Virus record (IMG/VR): IMGVR_UViG_3300032050_000130
Span: 1 to 62,867 of that record
Direction: 5' to 3' (one strand)
Source: a virus
Lineage: Duplodnaviria; Caudoviricetes
DNA: 62,867 bases
Shown: one piece after another, positions 47,803-57,043 of the stretch
Layout: every line of letters starts with the position of its first letter
Numbering within the stretch: position 1 is the stretch's first letter
Translations under genes and position numbers: made by a program
Notes under the pieces: generated by a model
The model's input: the letters and a program-made list of their open reading frames with translations, nothing else
Told to the model about the DNA's origin: nothing
Databases searched by the model: none

Positions 47803-48852
47803 TTAATATTTTGATATATGTTCATATAATCTTTTGGCCTGTGCATATGACGGGTGGAATCCATCTCCAATAACACCTAAAGAAATTTTTGGAACAATTA
47901 TTGCATTTTTTATAATGTTTATTGATTTTTGAAAAACTCTATACTCTGCTAATAATTTTTCCATTTCAGCTCTTGTTTTTACTAATCTAGTTGGTTTTGT
48001 TGAATTATCTCCCATATCGATATCAGAATCATATCCCGTTACCACTACTGCTTCCGCTCCGGTTGCTCTAACTGTATCAACCATACTTTGTAATGCATTT
48101 AAAATTTGCGGAGTTTTTCTACCAGAATAACAATCGTTTACTCCACCATAGATATAAACTTTATCGTATTTATTAGTTTTCAGTCTTGCTTCCAAATTAG
48201 GTTTCATCCAAGCGGTAAGTTGTTCTCCCCCTTTTGCCAGTATCTCAATATTTAAATCCTTTCTTTGTGTTTGAAATATTCCTGACCAAGTATACTTTGA
48301 TATAACCGTAATAGAATCTCCAACTATTAATATTTTTTTACCACTTGGATTTCCAGGTGGCGGATTTTGTTGATTATTTTGTCTATTAGATGGTGCCGTA
48401 TTTGATTGATTATTTTGTCTATTGGGTGGAGTTGGTGGCGTACTTGCACCCGCATTTGTATTCTTCCATTGCCCTACAACAGAAACATAATTACTATTAG
48501 CCGTTATATTTGCTACCGCACCTGCCGCCGCTTGGGTAGCGGTTATCAATGGTGGAGTTGGTGTAACTAAAGTTGCACCTGTCCAATATATTTTTACTCC
48601 CTCTCCCATTGCACCTGTTAAATCATATGCATCAGTAGATGATAATCCGGTATTAAGTGCTCTAATAAATGCCGTTTTCATACCTTCAATATTTCCTTTT
48701 AAAATAGGAATTCGGTTTATACTATCTCCACCTCTCTTTACACACGCATCATATTCTTTTGCATAAACATCCGCAACGTATTCTATGCTAGATACTCTTG
48801 ATGCATCACATAATTTTTGAAGTACGTTATTTTTAAAAATTTCCCAAGACAT
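47803..48852 (-). CDS. Baseplate-associated protein with a C-terminal SGNH/GDSL hydrolase
   Basis: IVGDSIT, G block II, GGVND and DGFHP, after a Pro/Asn/Gln linker. Confidence 0.8.
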   Translation of the reverse strand: MSWEIFKNNVLQKLCDASRVSSIEYVADVYAKEYDACVKRGGDSINRIPILKGNIEGMKTAFIRALNTGLSSTDAYDLTGAMGEGVKIYWTGATLVTPTPPLITATQAAAGAVANITANSNYVSVVGQWKNTNAGASTPPTPPNRQNNQSNTAPSNRQNNQQNPPPGNPSGKKILIVGDSITVISKYTWSGIFQTQRKDLNIEILAKGGEQLTAWMKPNLEARLKTNKYDKVYIYGGVNDCYSGRKTPQILNALQSMVDTVRATGAEAVVVTGYDSDIDMGDNSTKPTRLVKTRAEMEKLLAEYRVFQKSINIIKNAIIVPKISLGVIGDGFHPSYAQAKRLYEHISKY

Positions 48853-48853
48853 T

Positions 48854-49462
48854 TTATTTATTTATTTCTTTTGCAATTTGTGCTACGGCCGATTGCCCTT
48901 TTGACGCTATGTTTTGAGCCTGAGATAATACCGTTGTTTGTAAACTTTGTACCTGCGATAATGCACCTTGTGCTTGTGATGCTAATCCTTTTGCTTGTGA
49001 TGCTAATCCTTGTGCCTGTGATAAAGCGTTTTGAGCCAATCCTTGTGCCTGAGATGCCAATCCTTGTGCCTGAGATGCCAATCCTTGTGCCTGAGATGCC
49101 AATCCTTGTGCTTGTGTTGTCAATCCTTTTAATTTTTCTAATTCAGCTTTTTTAAATTTTTTAGGTACAGGTACTTCTTTTGGCTTAAACAACTTTGGTT
49201 TTTTAATATTAACTTTTGTTTTCTTAAGATTATTAAGTTTATCTTGTAATTCTTTATATTTGGCAGCTGCCTTATCAGCTAATTCTTTTGATGGCAATTT
49301 TCCTTCTAATGCCTTTAAAGGGTTATCAATTTTAGGAATTCCAGGAATATTAAAATTGTTGACTAAATTTGAAGCATCTTGTATCTTTCCCAATGCTTCC
49401 GTAGGATTTATTGGTAGATTTGAAATTTCTTTATTTACAATATTATTTAAAAATTCTGCCAT
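48854..49462 (-). CDS. Hypothetical protein with AQGLASQ heptad repeats
   Basis: 202-aa ORF between the hub and SGNH genes. Confidence 0.75.
   Translation of the reverse strand: MAEFLNNIVNKEISNLPINPTEALGKIQDASNLVNNFNIPGIPKIDNPLKALEGKLPSKELADKAAAKYKELQDKLNNLKKTKVNIKKPKLFKPKEVPVPKKFKKAELEKLKGLTTQAQGLASQAQGLASQAQGLASQAQGLAQNALSQAQGLASQAKGLASQAQGALSQVQSLQTTVLSQAQNIASKGQSAVAQIAKEINK
48960..49128. repeat. 21-bp coding tandem repeat
   Basis: tgtgcctgagatgccaatcct three times exactly, plus degenerate copies. Confidence 0.9.
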
Positions 49463-49465
49463 AAT

Positions 49466-50707
49466 TTATGAAGTTTGATTTTGTTTACTCAAAATATTAT
49501 TTAATTTTCCGGATATTTCATCAAATTTTGGTTTATTTTCTGGTCCAATTTTTGTAGGTCCCGCTGGTGTTAAAAATTGCATATTAACTACTGCTTCTAA
49601 TAATTCAACAAGTAAATCAACAAGTTGCTGTCCTTTTACCATAGGTTCTAATTGTTGATTTCCTAAAAATATTGAACCCTTACCAGTATAAAAGTTTACA
49701 TTTCTGTCATTTGTCATTACAAAAATATCATCTCCAACAGTAACATCTATTCCCAATTTATTATCAATAGATAATCCCCCATCGGAAATAAAACCATAAT
49801 TCTTTTTTGAATAAAAAATTAACTCACCTGATTTTGAAGATAAAATAATTCTACCCGAATTTAAAAGTAATTGGTCTCCACTTAATTTTTGCGGATATGA
49901 ATCAAAACTATTAGGTTTTGTTGCAAAATCAGATGTGCCATTTTTATCAACTACTCCCGGTTGAAATCCCAATTCATATTGTCCAGAGGTCATTGCTATG
50001 ATAGTACCATCTCTATTTATATCTTCGGTTGTTGTTACATCAGGACCAGATGCTTTACTTATACTATTTTCACCGTTTCTTATAATAGTTGTTGGTGCAA
50101 ATACTCTACCTGGATTGTTATATCCAGAAAATCGTATTGATTGACCAAAACGAGATTCAATAGTTGTATCACCTTCGTATAATTTTAATTTATGAATACC
50201 AGGTTCAAACTTAAAATAATCACCGAATTTATCAAATTTAGAACTTAAATCTTGATTCGTTTTAGTAATACCTGTTGCTTGTACGTTTCTGATATTTTGT
50301 ATATTTCCCTCTGGTGCTTTATCTTCTTGCTTATCTTCTCTTTTTGTACTGATTTGATTAATTACCGCATTTGTATTTTGGTTATCACTAGGATACATTC
50401 TCTGATAAAATATCCCAGCACCATTTTTTACAATTTTTACAATTTCATTTACAGTTGGTAAATTATTTGTATTCGAATCCAGTTTTAAAGCAAGTGGTAA
50501 TTCCGATTCATTTGATGTAAAATTATTTAATTCTCTAAATTTTATAGCCCCAATGTATGCCATTTTATTGGATTTTTGTGCTATATCTGGATGGGTTTCA
50601 TCCAATATTACCGAATACACTACACCAAATTCTGTTGTAACTTCACCGGTACCAATAGTTCTAATATTTCTAGAATTGGATATTCTATTTGCAAATAAGT
50701 TACCCAT
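49466..50707 (-). CDS. Baseplate hub/spike protein (gp5-like)
   Basis: N-terminal OB-like region with PTVNEIV; EGDTTIESRFGQSIRF; beta-helix-like C-terminus; EPMVKGQQL; position upstream of gp25 and gp6. Confidence 0.65.
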   Translation of the reverse strand: MGNLFANRISNSRNIRTIGTGEVTTEFGVVYSVILDETHPDIAQKSNKMAYIGAIKFRELNNFTSNESELPLALKLDSNTNNLPTVNEIVKIVKNGAGIFYQRMYPSDNQNTNAVINQISTKREDKQEDKAPEGNIQNIRNVQATGITKTNQDLSSKFDKFGDYFKFEPGIHKLKLYEGDTTIESRFGQSIRFSGYNNPGRVFAPTTIIRNGENSISKASGPDVTTTEDINRDGTIIAMTSGQYELGFQPGVVDKNGTSDFATKPNSFDSYPQKLSGDQLLLNSGRIILSSKSGELIFYSKKNYGFISDGGLSIDNKLGIDVTVGDDIFVMTNDRNVNFYTGKGSIFLGNQQLEPMVKGQQLVDLLVELLEAVVNMQFLTPAGPTKIGPENKPKFDEISGKLNNILSKQNQTS

Positions 50708-50708
50708 A

Positions 50709-51101
50709 TTACTTCATTTTCTTTTTTAAATCTTCTAACTCAAATTCTAAATCATCTACTCTTTCCACTTCTTGTTTAGTTTCTTCTAATTCTTTAAGCA
50801 ATTGATTCTTTTCAAATTCAGTAAGGAATCCATCCTGTCCTTCGGTTTTCTTTTCTGCTGCTATAATTTTTGTTGCAATGGTTGCCAGTTTAACTAACTG
50901 GTCATCGTTCTTAACTGAACTATCAATGAGTGATGATAATATAGGCCCTATACTGGCTACATCGCCCGCATGTTTTATCATCTTCTTTAATTCTTCTATT
51001 AAAGAACTTATTTTTTGTTTTTTACTTAATTGGTTGTTATAAATGTCCTCAAATAGAGAACTTAGATTTTTTCCTTTAAATAACTCGAAATCTGTTGACA
51101 T
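50709..51101 (-). CDS. Hypothetical helical protein
   Basis: 130-aa ORF with the promoter motif at 51123-51131. Confidence 0.75.
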   Translation of the reverse strand: MSTDFELFKGKNLSSLFEDIYNNQLSKKQKISSLIEELKKMIKHAGDVASIGPILSSLIDSSVKNDDQLVKLATIATKIIAAEKKTEGQDGFLTEFEKNQLLKELEETKQEVERVDDLEFELEDLKKKMK

Positions 51102-51151
51102 ACTTTAGTATTTTTGTATGTCTATAAATATGTATTATGAAAAAAGTGGAA

Positions 51152-51967
51152 TTATAATTCTATTATCTCAATTTTTATCTTCGGTTGGTAATCTTTAGGT
51201 AGTTGATTGTTTATACCCTTAAACTCCTTTACTTTATCTTTAAAATATGTAATTTGTAATATACGGTCTGTTAGATTCATTACCGTTTGTGAAGAAGTAG
51301 ACATCTCTTTGGTATCTCTTTTCATATTCAATTGTGGTCTATTTGGAAAGTATTCCTTTCTCATAGCGTTTGCTATTTCTTTCCAATCTTCTACCTTATC
51401 AACTGATTTTTCAGCGGATATCTTTCTCATTTTAGATGATAGATATTTCTCACCATTTGTGTATCCAGCATCGGTGAACATATGTCCGTGATTTGTACGA
51501 ACAACCGGTGATTCCGAATTTTGTACCTTAATATCTGGTTTGTGTTTAGATGTAGTTTCAATACTAACCATATGTTTTGGAGATGATACAAATGTATGTC
51601 CTTTTAGGGATAATCCACTCTTACCTTTATAAGTTATAGCCGCTTTTAATGCCTGTTTGATTGTTGGTTGTTTGATAATGTTTCTCATCTTATCACCATC
51701 AGGTCCAGGTTTACCACCTTTTTTAACTATCTTATGTTCAGCTTCATCATGTCCAACTAATAGTGCTGAGTTTACAACTCCAATTCCATTTTCATTCAAC
51801 CCTTCACTCCAATCGGTAATTATATCATGCAAATATGCAACTTCAACACCATCTATAATAGTGTGAATAATTTCTAATTCAGGATTATAAGCTCTATCTC
51901 TATTTTTAGCCAGAATAAACTTATCACCAACTTCTTTAGATACAATAATACATTCCGAAAGTTTCAT
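51152..51967 (-). CDS. Ntn-hydrolase-like protein (NRDE/C45-like)
   Basis: C6-IIV...ILAKNRDR, EGLNENGIGVVNS, VVRTNH and TSSQ are typical of Cys-nucleophile Ntn hydrolases. Confidence 0.7.
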   Translation of the reverse strand: MKLSECIIVSKEVGDKFILAKNRDRAYNPELEIIHTIIDGVEVAYLHDIITDWSEGLNENGIGVVNSALLVGHDEAEHKIVKKGGKPGPDGDKMRNIIKQPTIKQALKAAITYKGKSGLSLKGHTFVSSPKHMVSIETTSKHKPDIKVQNSESPVVRTNHGHMFTDAGYTNGEKYLSSKMRKISAEKSVDKVEDWKEIANAMRKEYFPNRPQLNMKRDTKEMSTSSQTVMNLTDRILQITYFKDKVKEFKGINNQLPKDYQPKIKIEIIEL

Positions 51968-51970
51968 TTC

Positions 51971-52558
51971 TTATTGGATATATGCGTTCAATTCATATGA
52001 GTTTCTCATACCATAAACCTGAATTTGAAGTTTCTTTCTTTGAACCTTACCATCTTTAGATAATTCAATACTAAATTTATTAGTCTTGCCTTCCGATGGT
52101 TTACGAGGGCCCATTCCTATTTGTCTGAATGCATCATCGTCATTTATTTCATATCCTTTTTTCTCTGCATATGCTCTAGCTGCATTTATAGCTGATGTAT
52201 ATGATTTGTGATATACTTCGTAATCTGATTTTGCTTCTTTTATAGATTCATTAACTCCTTCAAATAATCTAACAGAAAGAATTACATCTTTACTTATATT
52301 TAAATTTCTTACTTTATGTCTTTCCAAATCGTAAGATGGATTACCAATTGTATTTGCTTTAGCAACTACACCATTTTTAATAAAGTGTGGTTGTAATCCA
52401 GAATAGTTGTCATCTCTAAACATGAAAACATTATTAGGTAATTCTTTGGATATTTTAATTATTTTCTTTAAACCTTCCTTACCCATAAAGCAACCACCTT
52501 TACAAACAGTTCCTCCGTAAGTTACACCTTTTACAAATGCTTCTTTTAAACTTTTCAT
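51971..52558 (-). CDS. Two-module hypothetical protein, probable internal head protein
   Basis: MKSLKE leader; an internal VNESIKE separates the two modules. Confidence 0.7.
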   Translation of the reverse strand: MKSLKEAFVKGVTYGGTVCKGGCFMGKEGLKKIIKISKELPNNVFMFRDDNYSGLQPHFIKNGVVAKANTIGNPSYDLERHKVRNLNISKDVILSVRLFEGVNESIKEAKSDYEVYHKSYTSAINAARAYAEKKGYEINDDDAFRQIGMGPRKPSEGKTNKFSIELSKDGKVQRKKLQIQVYGMRNSYELNAYIQ

Positions 52559-52559
52559 A

Positions 52560-52832
52560 TTAGAATCCTATTGAAATTACATCACCATCTGCTTCAACCC
52601 AGCGAATCTTTAATGCTAATAACTTTTTAAGAGTATCAGCTCCAAAACGATAACCAGTTCCAAAATTACCTCTTGCTGGAATATCCACAACCATTCCGTG
52701 AATACCAGAAAAAATTTGAGAATGGTCTGCACCAATTACTCTTTGAAATGCCACAACCTGTTTTTGTTGAATGGGTTTTAATTCTTTGAATTTTACCTCT
52801 GATGCTTCGTTTAATTTAGTAAGTTTTATCAT
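52560..52832 (-). CDS. Small hypothetical protein with MIKLTKLNE leader
   Basis: 90-aa ORF packed within the operon. Confidence 0.7.
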   Translation of the reverse strand: MIKLTKLNEASEVKFKELKPIQQKQVVAFQRVIGADHSQIFSGIHGMVVDIPARGNFGTGYRFGADTLKKLLALKIRWVEADGDVISIGF

Positions 52833-52833
52833 T

Positions 52834-53490
52834 TTATTTCTTTACTTTAATTTTCCAATATGTACCAAATCCAACATACGGTGAGAATCCACCATTAGTT
52901 CCATCGGTTGTTCTATTGTTTACACCTAAATTAAATTGATATAATTTATCTTTTTTGGTTTTAAGAATTAATCCACCACCAACTGCAGATACATAATCTT
53001 CTTTATTAAATCCAGCATTCAAGCCATAATATAATTGTGCTTTCGCAGGTTCTTTAACAATAAGTTCTTCTTTGATAATTCTTTCTTTTACTTTAGCATC
53101 CCAAGTTCTACCTAAAATTCTATTCTTTGTGATAGTATCGGTAAGAGCGATAGTTCCTAATCCACCATCTAAAGTTAGTGTATCTTTATAAACTACCTTT
53201 GCTAAATAATCTTTTAAAAGTGCTGCGGTATCCACATTAACTAATTCTTTAAGAACCAAAGTATCTACATCAATTACTTCATGTACAATATCTTCACCTT
53301 TTTTAGTTACCACTTTTACTTTCTCAACTTCGATAGTATCAATCGTATGTTTTAATACTTCATATTTTTTACCATCGATTTTGATAGTTCTTCCACCCGG
53401 CATTACTCCACCTGGATTAAACCATTGTAATAATACATAAATAATTAATGCTGCAATAGCAATATTTTTAAAATTCAACAATTTTTTCAT
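52834..53490 (-). CDS. Membrane-anchored protein with amphipathic C-terminal beta strands (possibly spanin-like)
   Basis: N-terminal hydrophobic helix, repeated DT(I/L), and the C-terminal LYYGLNAG..PYVGFGTYW. Confidence 0.55.
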   Translation of the reverse strand: MKKLLNFKNIAIAALIIYVLLQWFNPGGVMPGGRTIKIDGKKYEVLKHTIDTIEVEKVKVVTKKGEDIVHEVIDVDTLVLKELVNVDTAALLKDYLAKVVYKDTLTLDGGLGTIALTDTITKNRILGRTWDAKVKERIIKEELIVKEPAKAQLYYGLNAGFNKEDYVSAVGGGLILKTKKDKLYQFNLGVNNRTTDGTNGGFSPYVGFGTYWKIKVKK

Positions 53491-53527
53491 AAGATATTCG
53501 TTTTATGTGTATAAATATTCAGTTATT

Positions 53528-54958
53528 CTAAAATACCATCTTTGAACCAATTTGGAAGTTGTTCATTAAATTAAACTTTGGTTCAAAGGTCATAGCACCT
53601 CTATAAGATGTTGAAAGAGCAAATCTTCTACTAATTTTATAATCGTATCCCAATCCAACGATTGCTCCTGGTGTTCTACTTACCGAACTATTTCCGGTCA
53701 TTGTATTCCACGCTATTGGTGATTGCATTACGAATAATTGTGGAGTTAAGGTAACCTTTCTATTATATTGAAATGGTTTCATCCAAAATCCCACTACCGA
53801 TGCACTCAAAGATACATCATACCCACTACCACCCATTTTTGGCATCATTAAAGTAATAACACCCACATTATATCCCATCGTTCCCCATTTGGGATGTGGT
53901 TTAATGTACGTGTACCCATTAAGGTTCATAAGCGTTCCTTTAAGGTAAGCAAATGTAGTTCCGTATGAATGTATCGCATTTAATTTGCCCTCCTCAAAAT
54001 CCATCTTTGTAACCCCAGCACTCAAAGCAAATTGGTCCAACGTACTCCAAATAAGTGCGGTAGCTGAATATGATTTATCGCCCATTAGAGATGATTTGGA
54101 AACACCCACACTCATCATTACAGCGTATTTACCTTCCATATCCTCCGTTCCTGCTAAATCACTAGCTAACATCATTGGATTTGCTACTGATTTCTTTTTT
54201 TCTTCTTTTTTCTTTTCAGATTTTTTCTCCTCTTTCTTTTCTTCCTTTTTTTCTTCTTTAGATTCTTCCTTCTTCTCCTCTTTCTTTTCCTCTGATTTGG
54301 ATTCTTCTTTCTTTTCTTCGGATTTACTTTCAGATTTAGATTCTTCTTTAGATTCAGACTTGCTTTCCGATTTACTCTCTGATTTTGTTTCAGATTTGGT
54401 TTCGGTTTTAGTTTCAGTCTTTGTTTCAGAAGATGAGCTAGATGATGAAGATGAACTACTTCCAGAACTACTACTTCCCGATGAAGAAGATGGTGGAGTA
54501 GAACTACTACCAGATGATGGTGGTGCCGATGTTGGTGGTGGGGTTGATGCCGCGGCTGTACTTGCACTACTACTTGCAGCGGCAGATGCCGATGAACTAG
54601 CTGCTGAACTCGCCGCACTACTTGCAGCTTGTGAGGCCGCTTGTGATGCTGCAGCCGATGCCGCTTGAGTTACCGCTTGTTGAACTACCTGATTTGTAGG
54701 ACACCCCATTGTTGAATATGCCGTATAAGTTGCGGTTATCCAAACTTGAACCGCACCTGCCATTACTTCCTGTGGTGAGAATACTCTTATTTGATTATAG
54801 AAAGATACCGTTGCAAATCCGTTTGTGATTGTAGTGGTTGCTATTTTAATTTCACCAGTACATTTATCCTTATAGGTTTGGGTATAGGTTTGTCCCATCG
54901 CCTTTTGAGCGAATGAAGTTATAACAATTATCAGAAAAAAGAGTATCCATTTTTTCAT
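53528..54958 (-). CDS. Predicted outer-membrane beta-barrel protein with a long low-complexity linker
   Basis: Sec signal peptide; Ala/Ser, Ser/Pro, (ETKT/ESKS) and (EEKK) repeats; alternating beta strands ending in FQIGSKMVF. Confidence 0.7.
   Translation of the reverse strand: MKKWILFFLIIVITSFAQKAMGQTYTQTYKDKCTGEIKIATTTITNGFATVSFYNQIRVFSPQEVMAGAVQVWITATYTAYSTMGCPTNQVVQQAVTQAASAAASQAASQAASSAASSAASSSASAAASSSASTAAASTPPPTSAPPSSGSSSTPPSSSSGSSSSGSSSSSSSSSSSETKTETKTETKSETKSESKSESKSESKEESKSESKSEEKKEESKSEEKKEEKKEESKEEKKEEKKEEKKSEKKKEEKKKSVANPMMLASDLAGTEDMEGKYAVMMSVGVSKSSLMGDKSYSATALIWSTLDQFALSAGVTKMDFEEGKLNAIHSYGTTFAYLKGTLMNLNGYTYIKPHPKWGTMGYNVGVITLMMPKMGGSGYDVSLSASVVGFWMKPFQYNRKVTLTPQLFVMQSPIAWNTMTGNSSVSRTPGAIVGLGYDYKISRRFALSTSYRGAMTFEPKFNLMNNFQIGSKMVF
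54190..54690. repeat. Low-complexity coding region (AASS, poly-S, ESKS, EEKK)
   Basis: Visible directly in both DNA and protein. Confidence 0.85.
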
Positions 54959-55786
54959 TTAGAAGTTCACCCCCAATCCAAAAGTTTTGCTATTGATTAC
55001 CGGGTCATAATCAAACTTTATTGTTAAATTTTTAAAATCATGTAACGCTCCTACTTTCATAGTAGTAAATCTATCTAAATATTTTGGGAATGTAATATAT
55101 CCCAAATCATCTTTACCTCTCCATTTTACATCTTCGGAAACGGTACCAATCATAAAGTGAACACCGGTTCTCTTTATTCGTTTACCAGCTCCGATATAAA
55201 AACTATTTCGTTGAATCAAATCATTAACCATTGGAAAATCAACTTGAGTTATATTACCATATGGAAAGAATGTTGAATTATCTCTTTCAACACTTGAATT
55301 GTATTCCATTATAAGATATCCCTTATTACCAATGGTAAAGAACCCACCCAATTGTTTATCGGTTGTTTTCTGAATACCAAAACTAATTACAGGCTTCTTA
55401 CCTCTAATTGTATCTCTCTTACCATCGTTATAAACATAAATTCTTGCAGGTTGGCGGTATCCCCAATCGTTCCAATAGAATGATGGTTGCCAAAAGTTCC
55501 ATCCAAAGCCAGGTGCTCCCCACATATTCCATCTATTCCATCCCCATCCCCAATCGTTAAAGAATGGGTCTCTTACGATAATATTAGAACCAGGTCTTGT
55601 TCTGGTTGGTCTATTATACTCTCTAGGTGATTCGTTTCTCCAACTACTTACATCGTTTCTTTGTGGAATTGATTGTTGTACGGATGGAGTACTTCTTTGT
55701 GGTTGTGATGGAGTGGTTCTCCAATTGCTAACTTGTGAAAAAGCTAGTGTTGGCACAAATGCCAATAAAAATAATAAGTTTTTCAT
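54959..55786 (-). CDS. Predicted small outer-membrane beta-barrel protein with a Trp/Gly-rich N-terminal region
   Basis: Signal peptide (LAFS-Q), DWGWGWNRWNMWG region, C-terminal FGLGVNF. Confidence 0.7.
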   Translation of the reverse strand: MKNLLFLLAFVPTLAFSQVSNWRTTPSQPQRSTPSVQQSIPQRNDVSSWRNESPREYNRPTRTRPGSNIIVRDPFFNDWGWGWNRWNMWGAPGFGWNFWQPSFYWNDWGYRQPARIYVYNDGKRDTIRGKKPVISFGIQKTTDKQLGGFFTIGNKGYLIMEYNSSVERDNSTFFPYGNITQVDFPMVNDLIQRNSFYIGAGKRIKRTGVHFMIGTVSEDVKWRGKDDLGYITFPKYLDRFTTMKVGALHDFKNLTIKFDYDPVINSKTFGLGVNF

Positions 55787-55815
55787 AGGTATATTATTTA
55801 GTTACCTATAAATAT

Positions 55816-55841
55816 AAAAAAAGGGAGTATTACCTCCCTTT
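55816..55841 (-). terminator. Rho-independent terminator
   Basis: Minus strand AAAGGGAG-GTAATA-CTCCC followed by T7, after the lipoprotein stop. Confidence 0.85.
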
Positions 55842-55846
55842 CGATT

Positions 55847-57043
55847 TTAATTACCTTTTGATGGAAATCTAGTCCATCCATTTACCCATAGAGGTTTATC
55901 TAATTCAGGTATAACCACATCTATCTCTTTATTACTCTTTGAAAGTGCTAATGTTTTCAATTGGTCATTTGTTAAGATTGTAGTTGCTTTACTGATAAAG
56001 TTTAAAGTAGGATTAAATGTTCCTACTGAATTGTTTTCAAATACCGAAACGCCATCTTTTACGAATTGTGTAGTTTCATTACTTTCCAAACTTAAACCAC
56101 CTTTCATCCATCCCCAAATTACACTATTCTTCATTGTGAATTGAGTTGCTCTCCTAAATCTCAAACCTAAATTGTGGTTTGCTAATGCGGTAGATACATT
56201 CGGTCCAACTAAAATCATATTATAAAGTTTCGGATGTGTGTATGGAGTTGCAGTTGAACCTGTTCCATCGTTATCACATTCTACACCATTTCCAGCATCA
56301 CCATTATCTACGAATTGTGGGTCTCTCTTTGCTACACCATTCGTAATTGTTCCAGTAAATCCAAAATCAAAATCAAAATCATCATCTGCGGTTGCAAATG
56401 CATATAAGTTTCTTGGTGATACAGTTCCACCAAAGAATTCAAATGCATCATCGTTAGCATAGATAGTTTGAACATTCTCAATGATTGTTCCACTACCAAC
56501 ACCACCTAATGTTAGTGCGTTTATTTCCGAGTTTGGCATTGCTGCAATTCCTGCATATTCAATTCTTACAAAACGAAGAACACCACTATTATCTAAATCG
56601 TTTGTTCCACCAAATGGTCTACCTATACCACCTTCGATTGTTGGTTCTGATGTTCTATTGGTTTTTGCTCTACCCAATATAACAATACCACCCCAATCAC
56701 CAGGTGCCTTTTCACCATTTGCTCTACCTGATGTAAATACAATTGGTTTTGTTGCAGTTCCTTCCGCAATTAATTGTGCTCCTCTTTCGATGCACAATGC
56801 TCCCTTTTCAGCTATATCAGATACGATTGTTGTACCCGGTTGAATGATAAGTTTTGCTCCATCGGTTACATATACATAACCTTTCAATGTCCAAACTTTA
56901 TCCGCAGTTAAAGTTGTTGTTGTATTAATGTTGCCGGTAAGTGTAGTTGATGTTGGAATGTTAATCGGTCCATCACCACCACCTAATTCTTTTTCGCAAC
57001 TCAATAATCCAAATGCTAAAATAGCTACTAATAGTTTTCTCAT
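55847..57043 (-). CDS. Beta-helix surface lipoprotein partnered with the TonB-dependent receptor
   Basis: Lipobox LLSC; PGDWGGIVILG, DNSGVLRFVRIEYAG, NALTLGGVGSGT, DDAFEFFGGTV and DDDFDFDFG; 4-nt overlap with the TBDR gene. Confidence 0.85.
   Translation of the reverse strand: MRKLLVAILAFGLLSCEKELGGGDGPINIPTSTTLTGNINTTTTLTADKVWTLKGYVYVTDGAKLIIQPGTTIVSDIAEKGALCIERGAQLIAEGTATKPIVFTSGRANGEKAPGDWGGIVILGRAKTNRTSEPTIEGGIGRPFGGTNDLDNSGVLRFVRIEYAGIAAMPNSEINALTLGGVGSGTIIENVQTIYANDDAFEFFGGTVSPRNLYAFATADDDFDFDFGFTGTITNGVAKRDPQFVDNGDAGNGVECDNDGTGSTATPYTHPKLYNMILVGPNVSTALANHNLGLRFRRATQFTMKNSVIWGWMKGGLSLESNETTQFVKDGVSVFENNSVGTFNPTLNFISKATTILTNDQLKTLALSKSNKEIDVVIPELDKPLWVNGWTRFPSKGN

Noticed and set aside
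50709-51101. Terminase small subunit
   Set aside because: Size and helicity fit, but it is far from the large subunit and I see no diagnostic motif.
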